Assembly (NCBI GenBank): GCA_964618295.1
Contig: CAZTWV010000001.1
Location: 92,863 to 156,862, forward strand
DNA: 64,000 nt
Direction of reading: 5' to 3'
DNA from: an uncultured Anaerolineales bacterium
GTDB taxonomy: Bacteria; Chloroflexota; Anaerolineae; Anaerolineales; UBA11858
Each line of letters starts with the position of its first letter. Position 1 is the first letter of the stretch. Below are positions 39,602-49,874 of the stretch, one piece after another. The position numbers and the translations under genes are program-made. A model generated the notes under the pieces. That model had not been told where the DNA came from and made no database searches. It saw only the letters and a program-made list of their open reading frames with translations.

Positions 39602-41152
39602 ATGAATAATCATCAAACAAATCCTGAGCTGGTTGTTGGAATGCAGTCAGTTACCAAACGTTTCCCAGGTGTGCTGGCAAATGACCGGGTAAACTTTAAT
39701 TTACGGAAAGGGGAAGTTCACGCTCTGCTGGGAGAAAATGGAGCCGGGAAAAGCACCCTGATGAATGTCCTGGCCGGTTTGTATAAAGCAGAAGCTGGAA
39801 AAATATTTGTTCATGGGAAACAGGTCAATTTTGCTTCTCCCCGGGAAGCTATTGAAGCCGGGATCGGCATGGTCCACCAACATTTTATGCTGGTACCCTC
39901 CCAGACTGTTACAGAAAATATTCTCCTGGGACTTGATGAACCGCGTTTCCGAATGCGTTTAAGTGAGTATGACGAACAAATTAAGGAAATTGCAGCCCGT
40001 TATGGTCTTCATGTGGATCCGGAAGCAAAAATCTGGCAGCTTTCCGTCGGAGAGCAGCAGCGGGTTGAAATCCTGAAAATGCTCTACCGGGGTGCCGATG
40101 TGCTGATTATGGATGAGCCAACGGCTGTTTTGGCTCCCGCAGAGATCAATGAACTATTCCAGACGCTGCGGAAAATGACGGACCAGGGGAAATCAATTGT
40201 CTTCATCAGCCATAAACTCCACGAGATCATGGAAATTGCGGACCGGGTCACAGTGTTGCAGAAAGGAGTTGTGACTTCGAGTGGGCTGGAAATAAAAGAT
40301 GTTTCCCGGGCGGACCTGGCGCGGTTGATGGTGGGACGGGAAGTTATTTTCCGGGTTGAGAAAAAGGCTGTTGAGACCGGAGATACAGTTCTGGAGGTTC
40401 AGGATCTTGAAGCAAGTAATGATAAAGGGATCCAGGCTCTGAACGGTGTTAGCCTGAATATCAAAGAAGGAGAAATTGTCGGTCTGGCCGGTGTGGCTGG
40501 AAACGGACAGAATGAGCTGGCAGAAGCTCTGGCCGGACTCCGGGAGGTCACGGGCGGAACGGTAATAGTCAATGATCGTGATGTTACCAATAAACCTGTC
40601 AAACTGGGAATTCGACACGGGATTTCATTGATCCCTGCTGACCGCACAGCGGTCGGTACAGCCCCTAACCTGAGCGTGACTGACAATGTGATCATGAAAA
40701 ATTATGATCAATCACCAATTTCAAAAGGATGGCGGATCCTTTCTTCTGCAGCCAATAGTTACGCTACGGACTTGAAAGAAGCTTACTCAATCATGGTCCC
40801 GACAATAGATACATCTGTCCGGCTGTTATCCGGAGGGAATTTGCAGAAAGTGATCCTGGCCCGGGAGATCTCCAGTGAGCCGAAATTTATGATTGCTGTT
40901 CAGCCTACCCGCGGCCTGGATGTGGGTGCGATTGAAGGCGTCCAGAAACTGCTGCTGGCTCAGCGGGAAAACGGCGCCGCAATCTTATTAATCTCGGAAG
41001 AATTGGAAGAGCTGTTAACCTTGAGCGACCGCATTTACGTCATCTATGAAGGTGAAATTATGGGTGAAGTGGATGACGGAGATATTGACAAGATCGGCCA
41101 GATGATGACTGGAACAACACTCCAGGAAATCGAATCAGAAGGAGTTAGTTAA
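39602..41152 (+). CDS. ABC transporter ATP-binding protein (duplicated ATPase, sugar/nucleoside type)
   Basis: 'GENGAGKST', 'LSVGEQQRVEI', 'MDEPTAVL', and a second half with 'GVAGNGQNEL', 'LSGGNLQKV', and 'ISEELEE'. Confidence 0.92.
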   Translation: MNNHQTNPELVVGMQSVTKRFPGVLANDRVNFNLRKGEVHALLGENGAGKSTLMNVLAGLYKAEAGKIFVHGKQVNFASPREAIEAGIGMVHQHFMLVPSQTVTENILLGLDEPRFRMRLSEYDEQIKEIAARYGLHVDPEAKIWQLSVGEQQRVEILKMLYRGADVLIMDEPTAVLAPAEINELFQTLRKMTDQGKSIVFISHKLHEIMEIADRVTVLQKGVVTSSGLEIKDVSRADLARLMVGREVIFRVEKKAVETGDTVLEVQDLEASNDKGIQALNGVSLNIKEGEIVGLAGVAGNGQNELAEALAGLREVTGGTVIVNDRDVTNKPVKLGIRHGISLIPADRTAVGTAPNLSVTDNVIMKNYDQSPISKGWRILSSAANSYATDLKEAYSIMVPTIDTSVRLLSGGNLQKVILAREISSEPKFMIAVQPTRGLDVGAIEGVQKLLLAQRENGAAILLISEELEELLTLSDRIYVIYEGEIMGEVDDGDIDKIGQMMTGTTLQEIESEGVS

Positions 41153-41153
41153 T

Positions 41154-42287
41154 ATGGCAGAAACCAGCCCTAAGGAATCTGCTTCAAAGTGGGTCTTTCC
41201 TTACCAAATCAAAATTGAAAATCGGGTAGAAAATCCACCTCGCTGGCTTTCACCGGTGTTATCCATTGCAGCAGTGATTGCTGCCCTGCTGCTGGGCGCA
41301 CTGGTGATCTGGGCCGGCGGCGGTGAAGCCTGGAGAATTTACACTCATATTGCCAAGAATTCATTTGGCAGTGTAGGAGTGCTGTCCGACACCATGGTGA
41401 AAGCAATTCCGCTGATGCTGGTCGGATTAGCCTGTTCGATTGCTTTCCGGATGAAGTTGTGGAATATCGGTGCTGAGGGGCAGTTTTTCCTGGGAGCATT
41501 TGGGGCCAGCATGGTTGTACTGCTTCCGATCCTTCCGGCTGATGCGCCTAAATGGCAGTTTATCATTGTCACCGCCCTGTTTGGTATGGCCTTTGGTGCG
41601 CTCTGGGGTTTTATACCCGGTTTCCTGAAAGCCCGCTACAACGTGAATGAAATCATTTCAACCTTGATGTTGAACTATGTAGCCATTGAATGGAATAACT
41701 ATTTTATCTATGGAGTATGGTCCGACATGGGGTTCCAGATGTCTCCCATGTTTCCCCGGAATTCCTGGCTGCCACGCTTATCCGATCTTGCCAAAATAAA
41801 CCCCTTTTTCGGAGGGTTGACAACCCACTTGGGGCTTATTTTCGCCATTGTTGCTGCGGTTATTCTCTGGGTGATTCTCAACAAGAGCCGCTGGGGTTAT
41901 GAAATTCGCCTGATTGGTGATAACCCCCGGGCTGCAGAGTATGCAGGCATTTCCATCAAGAAAAATATCATCCGGGTCATGATGGTTTCCGGTGCGCTGG
42001 CGGGTCTGGCTGGAATGTCAGAAATTATGGGTGTTGTCCACCGTTTACAGGGAGCAATTTCTCCCGGATACGGCTATACCGGCATCATTATTGCCTGGCT
42101 GGCTAAATTGAACCCTCTGGCTGTAATCCTGGCCTCCATCCTGTTTGGAGCTTTGATTTTAGCGGGCAGGGAAGTCCAACCATCAGGGATACCCACCTTG
42201 ATTCAGGGTTTGATCATGGTGGCCTTGATCGCCAGCGACTACTTTTTCCGGAACCGGGTCAGAATTATTAAACGGGTGGAGGGTTAA
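41154..42287 (+). CDS. ABC transporter permease (BMP/ribose-type)
   Basis: About 10 hydrophobic helices with the 'NIGAEGQ' motif typical of this permease family. It follows the ATPase gene by 1 nt. Confidence 0.88.
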   Translation: MAETSPKESASKWVFPYQIKIENRVENPPRWLSPVLSIAAVIAALLLGALVIWAGGGEAWRIYTHIAKNSFGSVGVLSDTMVKAIPLMLVGLACSIAFRMKLWNIGAEGQFFLGAFGASMVVLLPILPADAPKWQFIIVTALFGMAFGALWGFIPGFLKARYNVNEIISTLMLNYVAIEWNNYFIYGVWSDMGFQMSPMFPRNSWLPRLSDLAKINPFFGGLTTHLGLIFAIVAAVILWVILNKSRWGYEIRLIGDNPRAAEYAGISIKKNIIRVMMVSGALAGLAGMSEIMGVVHRLQGAISPGYGYTGIIIAWLAKLNPLAVILASILFGALILAGREVQPSGIPTLIQGLIMVALIASDYFFRNRVRIIKRVEG

Positions 42288-42289
42288 CT

Positions 42290-43261
42290 ATGAATTTGAT
42301 TATCATTCTAGCTTCCGGTGTCGCAACCGGGACAGTACTGCTCTATGCCACGGTAGGTGAAATATTCGCTGAACGATCCGGTATTTTGAACCTGGGTGTG
42401 GAAGGGATGATGCTGCTGGGAGCGATGACAGCTTATAAAACAGCAGCAGCCACAAGTAATGCCTGGTTAGGATTGCTGGTGGCGATGCTGGCTGCTGGTT
42501 TAGTGAGCCAGGTCCATGCCTTTATTACGATCACCCTTCAGGCTGATCAGGTGATCAGCGGTTTAGCCCTCAACTTTCTGGCGACCGGCATCAGCCTGGT
42601 GCTGGGAGAGGGTTTGACCAGCCTGCGGGATGTAGTTCCCCAGCTTCCGAAATATTCCATTATGGGACTATCTGAGATCCCGTGGATTGGCCAAATTTTG
42701 TTTACCAACCACAGCATTATGGTCTATATCGGCTATTTGTTTATCCCGCTGACCTGGTATTTCATAAACCGGACCCGGCCGGGGCTGCACCTGCGGGCTG
42801 TCGGAGAATATCCAGCGGCCGCTGATACTCTTGGTATTCGGGTTTATTTCCAGCGCTACCTTTATGTCTTTGTGGGTGGACTCCTGGCTGGTTTAGCTGG
42901 GGCAACTATCAGCCTCTCAATTTCTCCAGGATGGTTTGGAGCTTTGACTACCGCCGGACAGGGCTGGATTGCCGTTGGTCTGGTGATTTTCGCCCAGTGG
43001 AATCCGGTTCGGGCCGCCTTCGGGGCCTACACATTTGGTGCTCTCCGCCGGCTGGTTTTGGATCTCCAGGCACCAGCTGTGATCCTGGGAATCTCTAATC
43101 CATTTTTCTACAATGTGAATTACGGCTTTTTCCTGAAGATGCTGCCCTATCTCTTTACTGTTGTGTTCCTGGTGATAGGTTCCAGGGAAGCCAGACGGAA
43201 GCGGATTGGAACTCCGGCAGCACTTGGTTTGCCGTATATCCGGGGTCAGCGCGGTCTATAA
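42290..43261 (+). CDS. ABC transporter permease (BMP/ribose-type)
   Basis: 'NLGVEGMMLLGA' and a multi-TM profile. It follows the previous permease by 2 nt. Confidence 0.88.
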   Translation: MNLIIILASGVATGTVLLYATVGEIFAERSGILNLGVEGMMLLGAMTAYKTAAATSNAWLGLLVAMLAAGLVSQVHAFITITLQADQVISGLALNFLATGISLVLGEGLTSLRDVVPQLPKYSIMGLSEIPWIGQILFTNHSIMVYIGYLFIPLTWYFINRTRPGLHLRAVGEYPAAADTLGIRVYFQRYLYVFVGGLLAGLAGATISLSISPGWFGALTTAGQGWIAVGLVIFAQWNPVRAAFGAYTFGALRRLVLDLQAPAVILGISNPFFYNVNYGFFLKMLPYLFTVVFLVIGSREARRKRIGTPAALGLPYIRGQRGL

Positions 43262-43264
43262 TTT

Positions 43265-45019
43265 ATGATCAATCTCACAGAAAGAAAACAACTGATCAGG
43301 GCATCTTTGAAGGAAATCCCGCTGGACCTGCGGTTGGACGATATCAAAGTCGTGAATGTTTATACCGGCAGTGTGGATCAGGGGGCAATTGGAATTCAGG
43401 GCGGGCGGATTGTCACCCCTTATGCTGCAGGGTATGAAGCGAAAACAGTCGTAGATGGTCAGGGGATGTACGCCATTCCGGGGTTCATTGACACCCACGT
43501 CCATCTGGATTCCACTCTGGTGATCCCTGAAAATTTATCTCAACTGCTTCTGCCCCGGGGGACGACGGTGATGCTGTCTGATCCCATGGAGATCGCAAAT
43601 GTGGCAGGACTACCGGGGTTTAAGGCTCTGCTCCACTCAATTGAGAAGCTTTCCTATCATATCTTCCTGGAAGTTTCCTCCCGGGTTCCTACCGCACCGG
43701 GTTTAGAAACAACCGGCGGGGAACTTGACCTGGAGGATGTTCGGGAGATTTTGACCTGGCCGGAGACGGTCAGCCTTGGAGAACTGGATCCTTCTAAAAT
43801 CCTGGAAATGCGGGATGAGTATCTCCTGAAGGTCGAAGCTGCGCTGGAACTCGGCAAAATATGTAATGGTCATGCAGTAGGCCGGGTAGATGAAGAGCTG
43901 GTTGCTTATGCCTGCGGTGGTTTGGCAGATGACCATGAATGTGTTGATTATGCTGAAGCCCGCTCCCGGCTGGAGCTGGGGATGTCTGTGCTGGTCCGGG
44001 AAGGAAGCACGGAACGCAATCTGGATCTGATCCTGGAAGGTGTGGTCCGGGAAGGCACTTACTCACACCACCTGATGTTCTGTACAGATGACAAACACCC
44101 GGATGAGATACTCGAGGAAGGGCATATTGATTTTATGGTCAACCGGGCCATCGAACTTGGATTGACCCCCATGCAGGCGATTCAGATGGCAACCATCAAT
44201 GCAGCCAAACATTTCCGGATTGAACACCTGGTGGGAAGCCTGTCACCGAACCGCTGGGCGGATTTTATCCTGGCTGATGATCTGGAGCGGATTGAACCGC
44301 GGGATGTGTATTTCAAAGGGCAGCGGGTTGTGCAGGATGGGACCTATGTTGGATCCGTCCCAGAAGCGAACTATCCGGATTGGCTCTATCAAACCGTGAC
44401 TCTCAAGGCCGGTGGAAAGGCTGAAGATTTTGAACTGCGGTCAAATGGTGACCGGGCAAAAGTTTATGTGATTGATCTTTATCCTGACCAAATTATCAAC
44501 CGGAAGCTGGAAAAGGAGCTTCCCGTTGTAGACGGTGTGGTCCAGAATGATCTGGAACGGGATTTTCTCAAGCTGGCGGTTGTCGAACGCCATGGGAAAA
44601 ATGGGAATATTGGAATCAGTTTTGTCCGCGGCTTTGGTTTAGAGCAGGGTGCTTTAGCCTCTTCTGTAGCCCATGACCACCACAACATAATTGTAGCCGG
44701 AACCAACGACCGCGATATGGCAGCCTGTGCCCAGGCCATCGAAGAGATGCAGGGTGGATTTGCGATTGCCGCGGACGGTGAGGTGCTGGGTACGCTGCCG
44801 CTGCCAATTGGCGGGCTGCTGACGGAAGAACCGGTCCAGGATGTGATTGAGGGCCTGGAACAAATTAACGAGATCTATCGGAATCTGGGTGGAACGCTGC
44901 CCGCTCCGTTCATGACCATATCATTTATCGGCCTGCCGACGGTTCCTGATCTGGGTTTGACGGATAAAGGTCTGGTTGATGTCTTGAAACATAAATTGAT
45001 GAGTTCCTTTGTTGAATGA
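43265..45019 (+). CDS. Adenine-deaminase-family (COG1001) paralogue with a variant metal motif
   Basis: 'PGFIDTHVHLDSTL' (Asp where the first paralogue has HIES Glu) and C-terminal 'AHDHHNIIVAGTN'. It starts 3 nt after the permease gene and lies 30 nt upstream of the XDH genes. Confidence 0.75.
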   Translation: MINLTERKQLIRASLKEIPLDLRLDDIKVVNVYTGSVDQGAIGIQGGRIVTPYAAGYEAKTVVDGQGMYAIPGFIDTHVHLDSTLVIPENLSQLLLPRGTTVMLSDPMEIANVAGLPGFKALLHSIEKLSYHIFLEVSSRVPTAPGLETTGGELDLEDVREILTWPETVSLGELDPSKILEMRDEYLLKVEAALELGKICNGHAVGRVDEELVAYACGGLADDHECVDYAEARSRLELGMSVLVREGSTERNLDLILEGVVREGTYSHHLMFCTDDKHPDEILEEGHIDFMVNRAIELGLTPMQAIQMATINAAKHFRIEHLVGSLSPNRWADFILADDLERIEPRDVYFKGQRVVQDGTYVGSVPEANYPDWLYQTVTLKAGGKAEDFELRSNGDRAKVYVIDLYPDQIINRKLEKELPVVDGVVQNDLERDFLKLAVVERHGKNGNIGISFVRGFGLEQGALASSVAHDHHNIIVAGTNDRDMAACAQAIEEMQGGFAIAADGEVLGTLPLPIGGLLTEEPVQDVIEGLEQINEIYRNLGGTLPAPFMTISFIGLPTVPDLGLTDKGLVDVLKHKLMSSFVE

Positions 45020-45049
45020 TCAGAATAATTAAGGGTAGGGAGTAAGTTG

Positions 45050-45916
45050 ATGCAGGTATTTGATTTTATTCAGGTTGAGAGTGAGATCGAATTGTTCAAA
45101 GTTTTATCCAACAACAAGGCAAAAATTGTAGCCGGGGGAACAGATATTATCCCGCGGATGAGAAAAAGTACATTTTCGGCGGATATCCTGGTAGATATCC
45201 AGAAATTATCATCCCTGAAAAATATTACGAAAAATCAGGATAGGATTGAAATCGGAGCTCTGGTCACTCACCAGATGTTGATGGATTCGACGCTGATCCA
45301 GGATCATTTGCCTTCCCTGGCTGCTGCTGCTGAAAGTGTTGGCTGCATCCAGACCCGCTGCCGGGGCACCCTGGGAGGAAATCTAGCCAATGCATCCCCT
45401 GCTGGGGATACCATTCCGCCTTTATTGACTGTAGATGCAGACCTCGTCACTGGAAGTCAATCTGGTGAACGAGAAGTATCCCTGAGAAATTTCTTTTCCG
45501 GTCCCGGGCAAACAGCCCTGAAAGAGGGTGAATACATCAAGTACATCCGTTTTTCAGTATCTAAAGATGGTAGAGGGACTGGATTCCAGAAATTAGGCAA
45601 GCGAAAAGGAATGGCAATTTCTGTAGTGAATGCTGCTGCGGCTCTCGAGCTGAATTCAGCGGGAGAAATTAAGTCCGCTGCAGTTGCTCTGGGGTCTGTG
45701 TCCCCGACAGTGGTCCGCTGTCTGGAGGCGGAGGAGTACCTGCTCGGCAGGAAACCGACGGAAGATGTTTTCAACCAGGCTTCCGAGCTCTGCCGGGAGT
45801 CAGTTTCTCCCATCAGTGATGTGAGGTCGACAAACGAATACCGGAGACATGCGGTTGGGGTGCTGGCGTTCAGGGCCCTGGAACAGGCTGCATCCAGAGC
45901 AAATGATTTGAGGTGA
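45050..45916 (+). CDS. Xanthine-dehydrogenase-family FAD-binding subunit (CoxM/XdhB-like)
   Basis: 'AGGTDIIPRM', 'AAESVGCIQTRCRGTLGGNLANASPAGD', and a C-terminal CO-dehydrogenase flavoprotein domain ('SDVRSTNEYRRH'). Confidence 0.88.
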   Translation: MQVFDFIQVESEIELFKVLSNNKAKIVAGGTDIIPRMRKSTFSADILVDIQKLSSLKNITKNQDRIEIGALVTHQMLMDSTLIQDHLPSLAAAAESVGCIQTRCRGTLGGNLANASPAGDTIPPLLTVDADLVTGSQSGEREVSLRNFFSGPGQTALKEGEYIKYIRFSVSKDGRGTGFQKLGKRKGMAISVVNAAAALELNSAGEIKSAAVALGSVSPTVVRCLEAEEYLLGRKPTEDVFNQASELCRESVSPISDVRSTNEYRRHAVGVLAFRALEQAASRANDLR

Positions 45917-46401
45917 CGATTTTGAATGAAATCACGATTCAGTTTACAGTGAATGAAAAAGAGGAAAGTGTAACCGGAGCCCCAAATCGAACCCTGCTAG
46001 ATGTTCTGCGGGATGATCTGGGGTTGACCGGTGCCAAGGATTCCTGTGGGGGAGAAGGGGAATGCGGGGCCTGCACGGTGATTATGGACGGAGAACCGGT
46101 CAATTCCTGCCTGGTATTGATGGGGCAGGCTGATGGCCACGAGGTATTAACGATTGAAGGTCTCGAAAAAAATGGTCAGCTCCATAAAATTCAGTCTGCG
46201 TTTATTGAATCAGGAGCAGTCCAGTGCGGTTACTGCACACCGGGAGCGGTCCTGGCCGCCAAAGCTCTCCTGGATCGAAATCCGCATCCCTCGGATGAGG
46301 AAATCCGGGACGGCTTGAGCGGCAATTTATGCCGCTGCACAGGGTATGAAAAGATGATTACAGCAGTACATCTTGCAGAAGAAGAGGTAGTGAATGGCTG
46401 A
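45913..46401 (+). CDS. Xanthine-dehydrogenase-family [2Fe-2S] subunit (CoxS/XdhC-small-like)
   Basis: 'CGGEGECGACTV', 'QCGYCTPG', and 'NLCRCTGY'. GTG start overlapping the previous stop. Confidence 0.9.
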   Translation: MTILNEITIQFTVNEKEESVTGAPNRTLLDVLRDDLGLTGAKDSCGGEGECGACTVIMDGEPVNSCLVLMGQADGHEVLTIEGLEKNGQLHKIQSAFIESGAVQCGYCTPGAVLAAKALLDRNPHPSDEEIRDGLSGNLCRCTGYEKMITAVHLAEEEVVNG

Positions 46402-48649
46402 GCAGTTAAAGACAGTTGGTAAGACAGAATTGAGGAAAGACGCAGTAGATAAAGTAACCGGGAAAGCTGTATATGCGGCTGATATTCCTCTCGAGAACCT
46501 GCTTTATGGTGCTGTTTGTCGATCTGCCCACCATTATGCAGAAATTCTCAAGATTGACTATTCAGCTGCGGAAGCAGTTCCCGGGGTGCTGAAAGTTCTG
46601 ACCGCAGATGATATTCCCGGGAAAAAAACTTTTGGTCCTTTTATCAAGGATCAGCCTCCCCTGGCGGATGGGTTTGTCCGGCACCTTGGAGAACCAGTGG
46701 TACTGGTGATTGCAGAAAGTAAAGCTGCAGCAGAAGAAGCTCGGGAGAAAATTAAAGTTGAGTATCGGGAGCTTGAGGCAGTTTTTGATCCAGTCCAGGC
46801 CGCAGATCCGACCAGCCCGCAAGTCCACCCCTCAGGAAATTCCGCAACCGAGTATGATGTTCAGGATGGGGATGTTAATGCTGGTTTTGAAGATGCGGAT
46901 AGGGTTTTAGAAGAGACTTTCGAGGTAGCCCGGATCTCCCCAGGCTATATGGAGCCAGAAAATTCAGTTGCAGTCTGGAATGATGATGAGACGATCACTG
47001 TCTGGGTCAGCTCTCAACATCCTTTTACAGATCAGCAGTATATTGCTGAAACATTGAATATGCCTCTGGAGCGGGTTCAGGTAAAGAGCGCGGTAATTGG
47101 CGGTGCGTTTGGTGGGAAAGAGGATCCCAGCTTATCGATATTAACCGCGCTGGCAGCCTGGGCGGTGCAGGGATCCGTGAAATTGGTTAATACCCGCCAG
47201 GAATCTTTCCTGGCCCACCCGAAGCGGCATCCAGCTGCTTTGAGAATCAAATTGGGTGCCAGGAAAGACGGAACTTTTCTTGCTTTAGAAGCTGAAACCT
47301 ACATGGATACCGGTGCATATGCATCTTATGGCCCTGCAGTGGGCGGCTTGCTGACCGAAACCATCGCTGGATCCTACCGTTTTCCAAATGCCCGGGTGGT
47401 AACCCATGTGATTTACACCAACAGCCCTTATTCAGGAGCGATGCGTGGTTTTGGCAGCCCGCAGTCCCATTTTGCCCTCGAAAGCATGGTGGACATGATG
47501 GCGGAAGCTCTTGGAATCAATCCAATTGATCTGCGTGAGAAGAACATTCTCCGTCCGGGTGACCGATTGTTCACCCATGTGATTGTTAACGAGACAGCTG
47601 AAAGCCTGCCAATTTGCACTGCAAAAGCTCGTGACTTGTGGGAAGAGTACAGCCAGATTGATCCTGGTCTCGGAAAGAAAGCCGGCGTGGGATTGGCCCT
47701 GGCAGCCCAGAGTATGGGTTTGGGGGCAAAGGTTCCTGATGATTCTACCCATCGGCTGGAATGGACACCCGAAGGAAAGATCCTGGTGCATCTCGGGGCC
47801 CCGGATCTGGGCCAGGGATTGGCTACCGCGGCTGAACAGATTGCAGCGGAAGCGCTGGGTGTACCTTATGATCAGGTTCAAACAAAGGATCTGGATACAT
47901 TCACATCTCCTAACGGCAGTGTCACCTGCGCCTCGCGGATGACTTATATGACTGGAAATGCCCTGCTGGGAGCAGCGGAAAAAATGATTGAACATTTGCT
48001 GAAAGAAGCAGCTGAAATGCTTGATCAACCCCGCGAATCCCTCAAATATAGTGATGGGGCAGTTATCAAAGAAGACGGGAGCCAGGTTCAGGCTGCAGAA
48101 TTTGTAAACCGGATGGCAGAAGATGGCCGGCGATTGATTTCGGAGAGCACCTTTAGCTTTCCTTATCCGGAGGAAACCACTCCCCAGCATCTCCCGATCG
48201 GGATGCCGCATGTGCTGTACTGCTTTGGAGCCCAGATTGCCCGGGTTGAGGTGGATCCTGATCTGGGTACCGTTGAAGTCACCCATTTCGCCGCTATTCA
48301 TGATGTCGGAAAAGTGATCAGCCAATCCGGGGTGGAAGGCCAGATCGAAGGTGGGGTGGCAACCGGGTTGGGATATGCACTGTATGAAGATATGCAGCAA
48401 AAGGAAGAAGGCTGGGTCGACAGCTTTACTGAATATCTGCTGCCGACCTCCAAGGATATGCCGGCCAATTACCAGAATGTAATTCTTGAGATCGCTGAAG
48501 AGAGCGGTCCATTTGGCGCGAAGGGGATTGGCGAGATTCCTCTGGTACCCACTGCCCCAGCCGTGGCAAATGCGGTTGCTAACGCAGTTGGAGTCCGGGT
48601 TAAGAAACTCCCGATTACTCCAGAGAAAGTCCTTGGGATGGATCAATGA
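46394..48649 (+). CDS. Xanthine-dehydrogenase-family molybdopterin-binding large subunit
   Basis: 751 aa with 'GGAFGGKE', 'GFGSPQ', and 'GIGEIPLVPTAPAVANAV'. There is an 8-nt overlap with the FeS subunit gene. Confidence 0.88.
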   Translation: MAEQLKTVGKTELRKDAVDKVTGKAVYAADIPLENLLYGAVCRSAHHYAEILKIDYSAAEAVPGVLKVLTADDIPGKKTFGPFIKDQPPLADGFVRHLGEPVVLVIAESKAAAEEAREKIKVEYRELEAVFDPVQAADPTSPQVHPSGNSATEYDVQDGDVNAGFEDADRVLEETFEVARISPGYMEPENSVAVWNDDETITVWVSSQHPFTDQQYIAETLNMPLERVQVKSAVIGGAFGGKEDPSLSILTALAAWAVQGSVKLVNTRQESFLAHPKRHPAALRIKLGARKDGTFLALEAETYMDTGAYASYGPAVGGLLTETIAGSYRFPNARVVTHVIYTNSPYSGAMRGFGSPQSHFALESMVDMMAEALGINPIDLREKNILRPGDRLFTHVIVNETAESLPICTAKARDLWEEYSQIDPGLGKKAGVGLALAAQSMGLGAKVPDDSTHRLEWTPEGKILVHLGAPDLGQGLATAAEQIAAEALGVPYDQVQTKDLDTFTSPNGSVTCASRMTYMTGNALLGAAEKMIEHLLKEAAEMLDQPRESLKYSDGAVIKEDGSQVQAAEFVNRMAEDGRRLISESTFSFPYPEETTPQHLPIGMPHVLYCFGAQIARVEVDPDLGTVEVTHFAAIHDVGKVISQSGVEGQIEGGVATGLGYALYEDMQQKEEGWVDSFTEYLLPTSKDMPANYQNVILEIAEESGPFGAKGIGEIPLVPTAPAVANAVANAVGVRVKKLPITPEKVLGMDQ

Positions 48650-48728
48650 TCATTCAGGAACGTATGTGGTGTTCGAAGAAGCGAAGTGCGCTTCCCGGTA
48701 AATATCAGATCACAAAAGGTCAAGGCTT

Positions 48729-49874
48729 ATGAGCAAATCAAATCAAGATACCTGGATCGCAAGATTAGTTGACGCAGCTTTACCGGTCTTTGCCACCATC
48801 GCTGCCCTGCTGGTAGGGGCCGTGATGCTGCTCCTGCTGAAAGTCAACCCCATAGAAGCTTACGGCGCTCTCTGGGAGGGAGCATTTGGGAGCCGGAATG
48901 CCCTGGCGGAAACCCTCGTGAAAGCGACTCCGCTGCTGCTGGTCGGCCTGGGAATTTGTATTTCTTTCCGGGGTGATGTGATTAACATCGGTGGTGAGGG
49001 CCAGATGATCGTTGGCGCCATTCTCGGTACTCTGGTTGGCGTTACCCTGGTCGATTGGCCGGGATGGGCAGTGGTCCCGATTGCTATTTTGGCAGGATTT
49101 GTGGGCGGTGCAATCTGGGGTGGGATTCCGGGTGTTCTAAAGGCGTATTTCCGGGTCAATGAGATTCTCAGCACGGTGATGATGAATGCGATTGCCGTTC
49201 AGCTGATGAACTTTTTGCTCCGGGGCCCGATGATTGACCCGGCCCAGGCAGAGCTGGCTTCCAAGATTCCCCAGACAGCCCGCTTGGCAGAGAACTTCCG
49301 GCTCCCGCGTTGGATCCCGACCCGGCTCCATCTGGGAGCTTTGATCGCTGTGGTGCTGGCAATTCTGGTTTACATATTGCTCTGGCGCACAACCTGGGGT
49401 TACCGGATTCGTTCTGTAGGCCAGAACCCGGATGCCTCGGCCTATGCCGGGGTCAAAGTCAAAAATTATGTCGTCCTGGCGCTGGTCCTGAGCGGTGCCT
49501 TTGCCGGCTTAGCGGGTGTAATGCAGGTCTATGGGGTCAATTACCGGATGATAACTGATGGTTCAGCTTCCGGTTTTACCGGAAGTGCTGGTTTCAACGG
49601 GATTGTGGCCGCTTTGTTTGGCCAGCTCCATCCGATTGGAACGATTCCCGCCTCGGTGTTATTTGGCGCGCTGCTGGTCGGTGCGAACAAAATGCAGCGG
49701 GTGGTCCAGGTGCCTTCAGCCCTGGTGATTGCCCTGAACGGCTTGGTGGTGGTGTTTGTAGTCAGCAGTGAAATCTGGCGCAGACGGCGCCAGCGGAGGA
49801 GGCTAACGGCTTCCGGCCCGGAGGAGAATGGTCCGGGTGATCAAGAATTGGAATCCGGGGAGGTGGCAGCATGA
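48729..49874 (+). CDS. ABC transporter permease (BMP/ribose-type), second system
   Basis: 'NIGGEGQMIVGA', a multi-TM profile, and an Arg-rich cytoplasmic tail. Confidence 0.88.
   Translation: MSKSNQDTWIARLVDAALPVFATIAALLVGAVMLLLLKVNPIEAYGALWEGAFGSRNALAETLVKATPLLLVGLGICISFRGDVINIGGEGQMIVGAILGTLVGVTLVDWPGWAVVPIAILAGFVGGAIWGGIPGVLKAYFRVNEILSTVMMNAIAVQLMNFLLRGPMIDPAQAELASKIPQTARLAENFRLPRWIPTRLHLGALIAVVLAILVYILLWRTTWGYRIRSVGQNPDASAYAGVKVKNYVVLALVLSGAFAGLAGVMQVYGVNYRMITDGSASGFTGSAGFNGIVAALFGQLHPIGTIPASVLFGALLVGANKMQRVVQVPSALVIALNGLVVVFVVSSEIWRRRRQRRRLTASGPEENGPGDQELESGEVAA

Noticed and set aside
45050-48649. Possible selenocysteine recoding or a pseudogenised molybdoenzyme, which would be expected for some anaerobic purine hydroxylases.
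   Set aside because: All three subunit ORFs are uninterrupted with overlapping or adjacent boundaries. No in-frame TGA needs to be read through. Any selenium dependence would have to come from a labile cofactor and cannot be judged from this window.
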